A stretch of 63,979 bases of DNA, the filler included, from Octopus bimaculoides (Eukaryota): the NCBI RefSeq assembly GCF_001194135.2. It is 7 parts of 7 records of this genome, joined end to end, with 100 filler letters (N's around TTAATTAATTAA, not from the genome) between each part and the next. Parts side by side here need not be neighbours in the genome. Positions count along the whole stretch, not along the records: positions 1 to 24,399 come from NC_068998.1; positions 24,500 to 39,101 come from NC_068987.1; 5 more parts are not named here. One strand, given 5' to 3'. The translations under genes were made by a program, and so were the position numbers. The notes beneath the pieces are model-generated. The model was not told the origin of the DNA. It made no database searches and was given only the letters and a program-made list of their open reading frames with translations. Position 1 is the first letter of the stretch. Each line of letters begins with the position of its first letter. Below, piece by piece: positions 13,151-25,802 of this stretch.

Positions 13151-13324
13151 AATCGCCTACATCCTTCTTTCACCTACTTCTATTGACCTTCTTCACCCAT
13201 TCTGCCCTTAGATTCTCTCAAATCATGATCTAAACTGTTAGTTACCAATCTTTACACTCTGAAGATAGAGGTCAGCTTTGTAGTAATGTTTATATACATC
13301 CACTACTGGTTGCATATCCTTGAC

Positions 13325-13408
13325 TTTTTGCACACTCCATCTGCCAACTATTACATAGTTCCAGGTTTTTTTGCACATTCCATCTGCCAACTATTACATA
13401 ATTCCAGG
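13325..13408. repeat. Two tandem copies of a ~43-bp unit
   Basis: TTTTTGCACA(C/T)TCCATCTGCCAACTATTACATA(G/A)TTCCAGG occurs twice. Confidence 0.9.
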
Positions 13409-13557
13409 TCCTAGAAACAGATGTCGGACCTGGTGTACCATGCCATCTCCCCTTATCTTTTGTACTCCATGTAAATCTGTTCTGTAAATATATGAATACC
13501 AATATGCTTATACACAAGTGTTCATCTTCTGAATATTTTCAGCTTTTGTTTCTCTCT

Positions 13558-13705
13558 CATCATCATCATCATCATCATCATCGTTTAACGTCCGCTTTCC
13601 ATGCTAGCATGGGTTGGACGATTTGACTGAGGACTGGTGAAACCGGATGGCAACACCAGGCTCCAGTCTGATTTGGCAGAGTTTCTACAGCTGGATGCCC
13701 TTCCT
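13558..13705 (-). mobile_element. RTE-type (GAT)n tail repeat, near-consensus
   Basis: (CAT)n CGTTTAACGTCCGCTTTCCATGCTAGCATGGGTTGGACG. Similar pieces lie at ~14075-14210, ~16222-16330, ~25058-25200, ~26225-26400 and ~31050-31280. Confidence 0.75.
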
Positions 13706-13945
13706 CGATATATATTCTTATATATATTTATTTGTATATATATGTATGCATATTTTATATAACAAGCCCAAGCATGTTTACTTACATTACTATCTCAATA
13801 TGAGCTCACCTGGACTTCTCTTGAAGTCACTCTGCATCCTGCGGGCTTTGTCCTTGATACAGACTTCAGAATGTAAGTTCAAATCATTTGAGCACTACTA
13901 TGTGTTTTATATACTGAGCATTTCTCAATCTTACCTGTTGGCTTC

Positions 13946-13987
<42 letters not shown>

Positions 13988-14269
13988 GTATGTATTTATA
14001 CATACACACATACACACATGTAAGTATTTACACACACACACACACACACACACGCACATGTATTATATATATATATCATCATCATCATCATCATCATTAT
14101 CATCATCATTTAACATCAGTTGTCTATGTTAGCATGGGTTGGACGGTTTGACCAGAGCTGGGGAGCTGGGGAGCTGTATCAGCTCTGGCCAATCCGTTCA
14201 ACTCACGCCAGCATAGGCAATTGACATTAAATAATGATAATGATGATATACATATAAGACATATATATA

Positions 14270-14303
<34 letters not shown>

Positions 14304-14357
14304 GTGTGTGTGTGTGTGCATGTGCGTGTGCATGTGTATTATACATATATGTGTGTG

Positions 14358-14398
<41 letters not shown>

Positions 14399-14473
14399 AA
14401 CTTGTTACTAGTTGAGATATGCTTGGGGAAAATTTGAACCTGTATGAAAGCCATTAATTGTATTTTGTCAAGG

Positions 14474-14551
14474 AGAAAATTTCTTGCTGTAGACAGATAG
14501 GTGGATGACTTAGTGTGTTTACACCTATTTGTCTATAGTGAGAAATTTTCT
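14474..14551 (+). other. 78-nt hairpin with a 30-bp stem (26 Watson-Crick plus 4 G-U) and an 18-nt loop
   Basis: 14474-14503 pairs with 14522-14551 with no unpaired positions on the + strand. Confidence 0.8.
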
Positions 14552-14817
14552 GCATTACAAAATACAGTGACTGGTTTTCATGCAGGTTTGAATATGCTTC
14601 AAACTTAATTTAACTGGTAACAAGTTTGTATTTATTTACATCACTACTTAGCACTTCTACTATGTGTGCATATATATTTATATATATATATAATTGAGAT
14701 TCAGTTGAATAGTTGAATTAGGTACTTAAGTTGAAGCACCAAATTAGTGCGGTATTATCTGTACAACTCAAAGTAAGGTAAATAAAATCAAAATAAGCAA
14801 CAGGATATTAAGAGGTG

Positions 14818-14905
14818 ATGCAGTACGACCATTTCAAGTGGCTCCGTTTAATTGAAAAATGCAATCATTACATCAATTTAAATGCAGGGCTTTCCTCAGC
14901 TGCAT
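14818..14905 (-). ncRNA. Type I hammerhead ribozyme motif
   Basis: Minus strand: ATGCAG-CTGAGGA-AAG..long stem II..CTT-GAAA-TGGTCG-TA-CTGCAT. Stem I is a perfect 6 bp, the core is canonical and the cleavage triplet is GUA. Confidence 0.7.
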
Positions 14906-15674
14906 AAATAAATAAACAGAATTTTTAATCATTTGGACACAATACAATTTTACTCAAATGTTCTAATAGAGTAAGGAGATGGAAAGTGTCCATGTTGCCA
15001 CTAATGTAGCTAAGAATATACTATACTTCTAAGAACTGTATGAAGTTTTTTGGGGTAAAGGATTGTAGTTCATTTTTAATTTATTAGTCTTTTTATCAAC
15101 TACCAAATCTAAGACTAGAGGACTGTGACTGTTTAGAATGGAGGGCATTGACAGCACATAGCTGGGTATGGTCATAAAAATTGTCAAGATTTTAGGATTA
15201 GTATAAAGTAACTGTCTATAAAGGAGGCTGGGTAGGGGAAGACCCCAAATCAAGATGTTAATTACCAGTTAAAGGGGCAAGACACTAATAAAAGCTATGA
15301 TGTTAATACAGAGGAAATTATCATGGGGTATTATGGGTGATTGTATATAAAGAATATTGTTATGTTGTATAAAGATAAAATTTAAGATTATTAAAAATGA
15401 TATTATAGCCAAAATAGATAAAATGTGTATATATACCAATTTTCAACATTAGATAGGGAAGATTACATAGAATTAGTTTAATATTCCTTCCTGTACCTAA
15501 TTATTTACTTATTAGGTGGTTTCTATAAAGACTGCTCTGGGTATTTACTTATAGAATACTGAGGCGATAAATCATGCTATCTATATATTGATTTCTGTCT
15601 TCTTGCTCTATTAGAGCATTTGAGTAAAATAATATTAATGTGTCCAACTGATTAAAAATTCTATTTATTTATTT

Positions 15675-15762
15675 ATGCAGCTGAAGATAGCCCTGCATTT
15701 AAATTGATGTAATGATTGCATTGTTCAATTAAATGGGGCTGCTTGAAACGGTTGTACTGCAT
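15675..15762 (+). ncRNA. Type I hammerhead ribozyme motif
   Basis: ATGCAG-CTGAAGA-TAG..long stem II..CTT-GAAA-CGGTTG-TA-CTGCAT. The core is canonical; the base pair at the foot of stem II is mismatched. Confidence 0.65.
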
Positions 15763-17080
15763 TACCTCTTGATATCCTGTTGCTTATTTTGATTATATAT
15801 ATATATATATATATNNNNNNNNNNNNNNNNNNNNNNNNNNNNNNNNNNNNNNNNNNNNNNNNNNNNNNNNNNNNNNNNNNNNNNNNNNNNNNNNNNNNNN
15901 NNNNNNNNNNNNNNNNNNNNNNNNNNNNNNNNNNNNNNNNNNNNNNNNNNNNNNNNNNNNNNNNNNNNNNNNNNNNNNNNNNNNNNNNNNNNNNNNNNNN
16001 NNNNNNNNNNNNNNNNNNNNNNNNNNNNNNNNNNNNNNNNNNNNNNNNNNNNNNNNNNNNNNNNNNNNNNNNNNNNNNNNNNNNNNNNNNNNNNNNNNNN
16101 NNNNNNNNNNNNNNNNNNNNNNNNNNNNNNNNNNNNNNNNNNNNNNNNNNNNNNNNNNNNNNNNNNNNNNNNNNNNNNNNNNNNNNNNNNNNTATATATA
16201 TAAAATACAAATATAAATACACATCATCATCGATTTAACATCCGCTTTTCCATGCTTGCAGACGGAATTCATTGCGGCAGATTTTTACAGCCAGATGCCC
16301 TTCCTGTTACCAACCCTCACCTGTTGCCAAGAAAGGTAATAATCCCCTAGTCTATCAAACCACGAGCCTTTTAATTATAAAGATCGCACATATCAAAACC
16401 TGCGAAGGAGACTGTACATGCTCTTGCAGTGAACAGCAAGCAAAGAAAACCTGACTGAACCAACACATGGATATGGGAGAATATATGGATGGAGTCACAC
16501 AAGCACACTCACACAAACACACGTCAATATAAAGCCACCTACATATTGTATTTAATGTAAATGCAAATTCAAAGAAAATTGACTGGTTAGCAAGAATGCC
16601 TGATGCATTTTATCCTCATTAAGTCTTGTCAAAGCCATGTCCTCACAGCCAGCTACTTGTTTAAATGAGATTTGTTACCATTGATATATAACAGATAGGG
16701 AATCTGTTATATGAGGCCAAAATGTATCTGGCATTTTTACTAGCAGCTGCTGGTAGTCTTTCATCTACTGATATATATTGTTTCTAAACACAACACGTCC
16801 ATAAGAGATGTTATGTCTGGACCAATGACTACTGTAAATTGACTTTTAACAATGTATTTACATTAATTATAATACATAGAAGGTTATTATAATTTAATAT
16901 TGCTTCTACTGCATATAACAGATTTTTGTTCAACCGGATAGCTATTTGCAATATCAGTGAATGTTTCCCATATTTAAGAGTCAAAATTTCACTCTGCTCT
17001 TTCTGTTGCTTTTCCAAATGATGCATGCTTTACCAATGCAGACCATCACTAGTCTTTCCAAATTCCTTTACATCCTACAT

Positions 17081-17139
<59 letters not shown>

Positions 17140-18189
17140 TGTATTTATTCATAGAAATAAAGAAAAGTCATCAAATTCCAATCACATGTATGTATTTCAA
17201 TCTACTTATCATGGTGCCAAATTTCAAATTATTCATGAGAATCAAGATAGAGTTTTTCAAGTTGGAATGGTAGTGGAAGGATACAGGTAAAGAAAGTAAT
17301 TACAAAGTCATTTTTCTTCACAAGTCAGAAACATAACCTGAAAAAGATTCATTTGTTTTTCACACTATAGGTTTTGATTGCAGTTCCTTCCAGATTTCAA
17401 ATCAAACTTTTTATTTTCTCTAGTCAAGACTTTTGCTCCTATGCACAAAACAAGCAAAACAGTTTGACCAATCAAACTGATGCTTGATGAAAGAACAAAC
17501 CCCCAGCCTTTTATCAACTTAATTAGCAGTAGGTTCACTTCTATAATGATGATTCTGTCATGAGAGTGATGACCAAAAGAGTATCAAGATCTATATCTTG
17601 CTCACCTTGTCACACACACTGAATTATAATTATAATCAAGAACCAACAAGAAACATGTTGAACAGGGAAATAAAGAAATATTCTGCAAACATTTGAATCA
17701 TACGAGTGATTTTTATTAAATACAAAATAAATACAAAATTAAGTACAATTCTATAACTGAATTTCAATTATTATTGCTGTAATGTAAGTGAAAAGATCTT
17801 CTCTTGACTAAAATAAAATGGATGAACATCATTTAGGGGCTATTTGAATTACATCGTCATTTAGAGCTATTTTTCAAAAAAATTTTAAATCACAGTTTTA
17901 AAATATGGACATTCTGAACCTACAATTTGTTTCTGTTTATAATTTCAAAATAATTTTCAGACAAAAAGGTGTGTGATTTAAAGGAGATTTAGCTGGTGTT
18001 TCTAGCACACCCTACGACCATCGGGTAATTCCTTGTTTCTTTGTCATTCTGACATGTATTGATGTGTTTCAATATCTTTATCTCCATAAACACATTTCAT
18101 GGAATGATGATGTGGGGATCCATTGCTGGGATATAAGCAACAACGGAAAAAAATTTGTTATATAAATCTTTAACTCCACCCTACATCTA

Positions 18190-18345
18190 GCGAGTCAGAA
18201 TGTTGTTTGTCAAGGCAGGCCTTGGACTGAAATCCAAATAGCAAAAGAAAAGTAGAATATCTGAGGATTGCCAGGCATAGAGCAGCAGAAAAAGAATTCT
18301 AAATGACATGGAACCAAGTGTAAAGAAAAGCACAGTATGAAATGT
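18190..18345 (+). pseudogene. Short decayed RTE LINE C-terminal fragment
   Basis: SRQALD*NPNSKRKV..MTWNQV*RKAQ resembles the RQALxWNPxGKR..TW..AQ C-terminus of RTE LINEs. Confidence 0.55.
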
Positions 18346-21292
18346 GTTGAAAGATTGCTATGGAAAAAATCATCAACAATCCAAACAGGCCACGATATTG
18401 ATGATATATAAAATATATATTTATATTTTTGCATATAAAATCTATACATATTTTATATACAAACATATGTCAGTATGTCTATATGTAATTTCAAAGTATA
18501 AAATGGATTTGTCATTACAGAAAATATTCTGCAAAGCTAATAGTTGCGAAAGTTTTTATACAAGGTTAATAATTGTAGAGCTAAATTTGAATGCAAGGAC
18601 TTAGATTAAAACCATACAATGACAAGTAAACAAACCCAGTGAGTGAGAAATAGATTTATGGTTCATAGAATATGATAATAAAGAAACAGAGAGAGTGTAT
18701 AATGAACAAACAACCAAAGAGATACATAGATAGACAGGTCAGTAAATAGAATGAAGATAGATAGGTAAATAGACAGATACACAGATAGGCAGGCAGACTG
18801 GCAAATATTCTGTGCATGAAATAGCATTCAATATATTGTGCTTGGTTTGTCATTGAATACACAAAATGGTATGTTCTTTAATTGGGTAGTCTTATTTAAG
18901 AGTTTTATGTCAAGAAGATTGAGATCTTTGTTGTTTGTTTTCTTTGTCTCTTGTTAAAAGTCTATCTGTCTAGATAACAAAACATATGCATGACAGTTCA
19001 AAATATTCACAAACACAGATGTCTAAAGGTACCCATAGACATATACAAACATACAAATAAGACACATTCATACAATATATAGAGAGCTTCATAAACTAAG
19101 AAGTAAAATGACATGTTTAGGTGGAATATCAAATTCTATCTAACACGGTCCCTAATATAGGCACATGTCCAGGGTTATGGATCCTTAGTTAGGGGTAAAT
19201 AGTCTCATTACCTTGTGAAAAAAAGAGGATAGGGAGCAAACTTTGTTATAAATTATAAGGTTTAGTTTTTGACTCTTTTGTGTTATTCCGTAAACAAAAC
19301 TGGTGCCAGACATACTGCACACTAGTGGGGTAGAAAGAGGCATGCTGACATTTAGGTAGCTCAGAGTCTCCATACAACCTGCCTAAGCTTGCACTTGGGA
19401 GAGGTCATTCACTGACCAATGATGAAGGTTTCATTCAATTGGCCTGCTCTTGAGTTGACAGATGCCAGTAATAAAGTTATGCCAATGTATTAATTGTACC
19501 AAAATCTTTGTTTAATAGCTAATGGGAACATTCATATTTGGTTGATCAGCCTGCTAGAAATAATAATCAAATCTCTCTTACTATCATTTTAAAAATGAAG
19601 AACATATTGGATAATGTAATCTCAAATACAGTATACCAGAATAAAAGGCAGGATGATTACAGTTGAAATATTTTTTACCATAGCTCTGCTTGATTAGAGC
19701 TGACCTAGGCTACACTATGACACAATTCAGTGAAGAAATATCTACATGCTTGTTCAATCTGCTAGAAATAACAACCAAATCTCCTTGAAATCATATTTTC
19801 TTTGATCATAAATCTACATGATCAGGACTGATTCCAAATTAAACAGCAATAACCACAAAGATCTTACTCAAACTGGGAGTTAAACTTCTTCCTATTATAG
19901 ATAGGATTATTATTTAGAATAATTTGCTCCCAGATTTGATCTTAAATCTCATACAAACAGAGCTTGTATATTTGTAATAAGGCCAAACATTGTGGAGAAA
20001 TGGTCTAATTAATTTGATCAACTTTGAAAGGGTAAAAGACTAAACCAACTTTAACAGAATATGAACTTAGCATGTAAAGTGATGTAACTTAGTACTCAAT
20101 GATATTTAGTTTGGTAATCAACCATTTCTTCTCCTGTCTTTCTTTATTATTTGCAATAGTAGATAAGAAATTTTCCTGATTAGGATTTGTATACACAGTT
20201 CACCAAGGATTGACTTGATTTCTCAAGACATAACGACTTTCAACTATTCAATCTTATCATTAAGAATTAAACTCTTAATTATCAGCTATAGAAGATTTAT
20301 TTAACTCATATTTCCTGTTTGAGCAAATATAAAAATTAACAGGAATAATATCTATAATTATCTCTGCATGGTTGTTGAAGTAGTTGGAAGTAGCAGTTAT
20401 GTTCTACTGTCTTAAGGGACACATTCATTGGATAGTGTAGGCTTGAAAAAGTATAAGGTGATTACAACTGAAATGCATTTGAACATAAATCTAATTGATT
20501 ATGTTTAACCTAAACATAATTATTATACATAATTATTATGCATAATAAACATAATTATTACAAGTAAACAATTATTATAATTAAAATTAATGAGCTTTAG
20601 TTAACAATATTTTCACTTTCTTAACTATGTAACTGAAAAATGGAACCCAATTTTCAACATGGACAAAAAAGCAAAGCAAAATTGCTTGAAAATCATTGTT
20701 ACACAAATCTGTTTCACCAATCTTTAGAGCTTCTAAATGGTTACTTGACTTCTGATGATGATGGTCAAATCTTTTACAACTAACACTACATTGTCTTGGA
20801 AAAGAAAGGATACCTCAGGTAATGTAGAATTATGTACACTAAATATGACTGAAGGACAAAATGGTCATGGCTGGAACATCTTTGATTAAGGTTTGGTCAC
20901 TCAGGGTTGACTTGAGTTAAAAAACCACAACTCCATCTTAAAAGACATGCTAATAAATGACATTAAACACTATATGTTTTTAACACTCTACAAGTCAGAA
21001 CTTGGTTATGTACACCTTTTTAGCCCAGTATGGAAATTAAGAGTTTCTAAATATGTCAGTATAAAAGGAGATTAACAGAAACCATTGGTTTTTGAAAAAT
21101 ATGAAATTTGATATTTAACATTTTTGTTAAGAATGAAGCAATAAAAGGTAAAACCAAATGCATTTCTTTGTACCTAAATACAATGAAATACTTAAAAACA
21201 TACTTTAAATGAGAAATATACAAAGATAAAGGAAGTTATATTTATAATGTTGCTTTATACTGGTATTTCATATTCACAGTCATTGATAACTA

Positions 21293-21294
21293 TT

Positions 21295-21325
<31 letters not shown>

Positions 21326-21875
21326 TTAACATCCGTTGTCCATGCTGGCATAGGTTGGATAACTTGACCTGAGCTGGCAAGCCAGAGAGCTGCACCAGGC
21401 TCCAGCTGGATTTAGCATGGTTTCTATGGCTGGATGCCCTTCGTAATGCCAGGATTGACTTGCAACAGTCCTTTGCTGGTGCCACATGAAAAGTACTCAT
21501 GGCACTGCACAGGTGCTTCTACATGGCACTGCACAAGTACATTTATGTGACACTGCATGGGCACCTTTGCATTGCCATGAGTGCTTTTTATGTGGCACTG
21601 GTACAGGACTCTTGCAGATCAATCCTCTCCACCAGGGAGACTGGACTTAACACATCTACTGTGGAGCATGGGTCTTCTTGAGTACAGCAAAGTACCAGGC
21701 ATCCCGGCCCTTTGTCATCTTACCTGAAAGGTTCAGTTTCCTGAGGTCATTCTTCATTACTTCATCCCAGGTCTTCCTGGGTCTCCCACTTCCACATGTT
21801 CCATCTACTTTGGAAGAGTGATGCTTCTTTATGGAGCTGTCAGGGAGAGCCTACAAAGATCATGGATAGGTAGTG
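21293..21875 (-). mobile_element. RTE LINE 3' end with (GAT)n tail
   Basis: Minus-strand VDGTCGSGRPRKTWDEVMKNDLRKL..RDAWYFAV followed by the shared tail. Confidence 0.8.
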
Positions 21876-21987
21876 CTTTTCTTCATCTAAATAACTTACA
21901 CTTAAAAAAGTATCTGAAGTAAATTTGATTCAAATTAACACAGATACATACACAAACACATATATACATACATACATACATATACAT

Positions 21988-22151
21988 ACGATGGGCTTCT
22001 TTCAGTTTCTTTCTACCAAATCCACTCACAAGGCTTCGGTCAGCCCGAGGCTGTAGCAGAAGATACTTACCCAAGGTGCCATACAGTGAGACTGAACCCA
22101 GAACCATGTGGTTGGGAAGCAGGCTTCTTACCACACAACCACTCCTGTACC
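21988..22151 (-). mobile_element. SINE head and core fragment (family of 34300-34722)
   Basis: Matches the head and core of 5362-5772. Confidence 0.75.
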
Positions 22152-22454
22152 TCCACACACACACACACACACACACACACCAAAGTCTTAGTAAATAGGA
22201 AAACAGATAAATCACAAATCCTTTCAAGCAGGTGGACCTGCTTGATATGTAGGAAAGGCATAGGGAGAAACTCTATAAGTACTCAGTAAGAGGTCCTGCA
22301 ATCTCAGAAGAAGGTTAATAGGGAAAATAGATTTTGTGCATGGCAGATGCACAAGTACAATAAACACTAGAAATATACTGAAAATAGACTTTATCAAATG
22401 CTAGGTGGGATACCTAGAAGTAGTTGATAGCTTTCATTATCTAAATGACTAAGT

Positions 22455-23175
22455 CAGCTGTGGAGATAGATGCCTGTGTGTGAACAGCCATGCTACACAG
22501 CAGTGAAACATGGGCTGTAACTGTAGAGGACATGCAAAGGCTTTGAAAGAAATGAATTTAGTATGTTCTGCTGGATGTGCAGTGTCAGTGTGCACATACA
22601 ACAGAGTATAAGTGTCTTGAGAGAAAAATTGGGCATGAAAAGCATCAGATGTGTATGCAAGAGAGGCAACTGCACTGGTATGGTCATGTGATATATATAG
22701 ATGAGGACAGCTACATAAAGAAGTGCTGGTCTCTAACTGTGAAGGGAACTGTGGAAGAGGTAGACCGAGGAAGACATGGAACAAGGTAATGAAGCATGAT
22801 CTTTGAATGTAGGGTCTCATGGAGGCAATGACAAGTGACCGTCACATTTGGCGATTTACTGTGCTTGAGAAGATTTGTCAAGCCAACTGTGGCAGTGATA
22901 TATAAAACCACATGTGCCAGTAACACATAGAAGCACCCATGCTTGTGACCTGTAAAAGCACCAGTGTCTCTGACTCATGCAAGGCACCCAGGAAACTCTA
23001 TGGAGTGGTTGGCATTAGGAAAGGCATCCAGCTGTAGGAACCAAGCCAAAATCAGATTAGAACTTGGTACTACTTTCTGGCTTACCTGTTCCAGTCAAAC
23101 TGTCTAAGCCATGCCAGCATGGAAAGCAAGCGTTAAATGATGATGATGATGATGATGATGATGATAATGATATAT
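22455..23175 (+). mobile_element. RTE LINE 3' end with (GAT)n tail
   Basis: DACV*TAMLHSSETWAVT..MQRL and RQLHWYGHV, followed by the shared 3' tail and (GAT)n. Confidence 0.85.
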
Positions 23176-23196
23176 ATATATGTGTGTGTATATATA

Positions 23197-23258
<62 letters not shown>

Positions 23259-23799
23259 TTTAAAANNNNNNNNNNNNNNNNNNNNNNNNNNNNNNNNNNN
23301 NNNNNNNNNNNNNNNNNNNNNNNNNNNNNNNNNNNNNNNNNNNNNNNNNNNNNNNNNNNNNNNNNNNNNNNNNNNNNNNNNNNNNNNNNNNNNNNNNNNN
23401 NNNNNNNNNNNNNNNNNNNNNNNNNNNNNNNNNNNNNNNNNNNNNNNNNNNNNNNNNNNNNNNNNNNNNNNNNNNNNNNNNNNNNNNNNNNNNNNNNNTA
23501 TATATATATATATATATATATCCCAGCATGTGTCTACTAGAATACACTAATACACACACTCATGTTCATACACTGTAGAATACCTTACTTAACACGGTTA
23601 ATTAATCTCTTTAAAATGCTGTGGTAAGTGAAGTAGCATGACTTAGTAAAAAGAAAATGTGATACATCCAACTCTTTTTCAAGATTGTGTTTTTTTTAAA
23701 TATTTCTCCTTAACTATCTATTAAAATGAAAGGAGATCAAGTTGAAATATTATAAAACATATACAGCTATTCTTCTAACATGTCATTCTTTTTAAAGAA

Positions 23800-24121
23800 A
23801 TGCATATCTGAAGAAGCTTGGGTATTCTTTTGCATTTACTTCCCTTCAAACTCTTTTCTGTAGCAACTCATCGTATTGTCTATCATTCAGTAAACTTGCA
23901 TGTGTCTTTAGGAAGGAAAGATTTTGTGGGCATATGCTTCCAAAAGAAAACAGTCTCATCACCTTTGAAAATCTGCTTGACATTATTATTTTCTTTTTCT
24001 ATGAACCTTTAAAATTCTATTTAAAATTTTTATGCAGCATCTTTATTAGTGCTAGCAGATATTTTTTGTATTCCCACATTGTGGAACCCAAATGATGTTG
24101 AAGTGTTCAAATCACCCAGAG

Positions 24122-24125
<4 letters not shown>
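23800..24125 (-). pseudogene. Tigger/pogo-like (CENP-B-related DDE) transposase remnant
   Basis: Minus strand gives SASTNKDAA*KF..EKENNNVKQIFKGDETVFFWKHMPTKSF, matching the QIFNxDETGLFWKxMP motif. Confidence 0.7.
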
Positions 24126-24160
<35 letters not shown>

Positions 24161-24399
24161 GCAAGTGAAATCGAAATCAAAATCAAATTCGATGACTGGC
24201 ATCCATGCTAGTGGAGTACTAAGACCACCATCCAAGTGTGATCGTTGCCAGAGCAGCTGACTGGATTCTATGCCAGTGGCACGTAAAAAGCACCATTCAA
24301 ACGTGATTGTTACCAGCATTGCCTTACTGACACTTGTGCCGGCGGCACGTGAAAAAATATTTGAGCGAGGTCGTTGCCAGTGCCACTGGACTGGATCCT

Positions 24400-24499
24400 N
24401 NNNNNNNNNNNNNNNNNNNNNNNNNNNNNNNNNNNNNNNNNNNTTAATTAATTAANNNNNNNNNNNNNNNNNNNNNNNNNNNNNNNNNNNNNNNNNNNN
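24400..24499. other. Artificial contig spacer (44 N, TTAATTAATTAA, 44 N)
   Basis: Identical architecture occurs six times. The linker gives stop codons in all six frames. Confidence 0.95.
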
Positions 24500-24767
24500 A
24501 GTTAGAGAGTTGGAGGTGGGGGTTGATGGAAAGAGAGATGTCGAGGAAGTTAACAGAGGTGTCAGAGATGGTAGAAGTAAAGTCAAGAGCAGGATGGAAG
24601 TTAGAGAGGAAGGAGATGAAAAGGCAGAGCTGTTCGCGGGAGAGGGAGGTGGCTCCTATACAGTCATCTATGTAGCGACTGTATAGTTCCGGGGTCGGAC
24701 CAGAGAATTGGGAGAATACTTGGGCCTCAACGTAACCAACAAAGAGGTTGGCATAATTGGGCCCCAT
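24500..24767 (-). mobile_element. Uninterrupted Penelope-like RT fragment (RYIDD type), cut by a spacer
   Basis: MGPNYANLFVGYVEAQVF..ELYSRYIDDCIG..FHPALDFTSTISDTSVNFLDISLSI. Confidence 0.9.
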
Positions 24768-25204
24768 ATATATATATATATATACATAAACATGCATACA
24801 CACACACACTCACACATACCCATACACACGCATGAGCACATATATACAAACAAAACTGGAGTGGTTTATGAATAAATTATGAGCAAATATATCAAACTTG
24901 CTCTTCCTATGTTGCATTCTGAGCTCTTTGTAACTATGGAGACCAATGAAAAGAAATTTGGACTATAATATATGAGTTCTCTTTATATAGTTTTTTTCAT
25001 TCAGTGTGTATTTTAAGTATATGTACTGGCTATATGGTCATGCAATTGAAACTACATCATCACCATCACTTCATTATCATCTTCTCCATGCTGGCATGGG
25101 TTGGGCAGTTTGACAGGAGTTGGCCAGTTTGAGGGCTGTAAATCTAGGTCAATCTACACATATCAACTGTAATACTGCGTTTTCTATTGCTGGATGCAAT
25201 TTAA

Positions 25205-25426
25205 CTCTTTAGCATATAAACTGGCCATATCCAGGCCCAAATATTCTACGTGTTTTATGTTGAAGCTGGACATATTTAGCCTCTCATACCTACCCTCAAT
25301 GTTAATCTAAAAATAAACAATCACATCCTCAAAATCTTGAAGCTACAAGATAATATACATGATTAACTTTTAAAAATGTGAATAAATAAATGTCACTTTT
25401 GACAAAGTAATCTAAATGCTAAAGGG
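25205..25426. mobile_element. piggyBac-type MITE
   Basis: TTAA then CTCTTTAGCATAT at the left end; AAATGCTAAAGGG then TTGA at the right end. This gives ~13-bp imperfect TIRs and a TTAA-like target. Confidence 0.6.
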
Positions 25427-25458
25427 TTGAATTTAAATTGAAATCACATTATTCAATT

Positions 25459-25570
<112 letters not shown>

Positions 25571-25572
25571 CC

Positions 25573-25802
25573 CACTGGTTCTCAACTGGGATCCATATAA
25601 CATTTTGCTGCAATAAATTGGGTATACTTCTACAATACACTAAATATTTTAACAACTTTTTTCGATACAATTCCTTACAAAATTTAATTATAAAAATACA
25701 ATAGGATGGTTTATTTTATATACATCAAATGACTATGGAAGTCCAGAAGGGTAAAATAGGAATCATAGGAGTCCATAGATAAAAAATGGTTGAGAAATAC
25801 TG
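25573..25802. mobile_element. hAT (Charlie-like) MITE
   Basis: TIRs CACTGGTTCTCAAC and GTTGAGAAATACTG match at 11 of 14 positions. The 8-bp flanks ATCTAGCC and ATCTAGAT look like a TSD. Confidence 0.65.

Larger units (their letters stand above)
14786..15794. mobile_element. ~190-bp inverted-repeat pair (14786-14975 and 15602-15794) flanking ~625 bp; PLE terminal-repeat-like
   Basis: The arms align as reverse complements at roughly 85-90% identity by eye. Each contains a hammerhead motif. Confidence 0.7.

Noticed and set aside
16686-16712. 10-bp AT-rich hairpin
   Set aside because: Expected by chance at this base composition.
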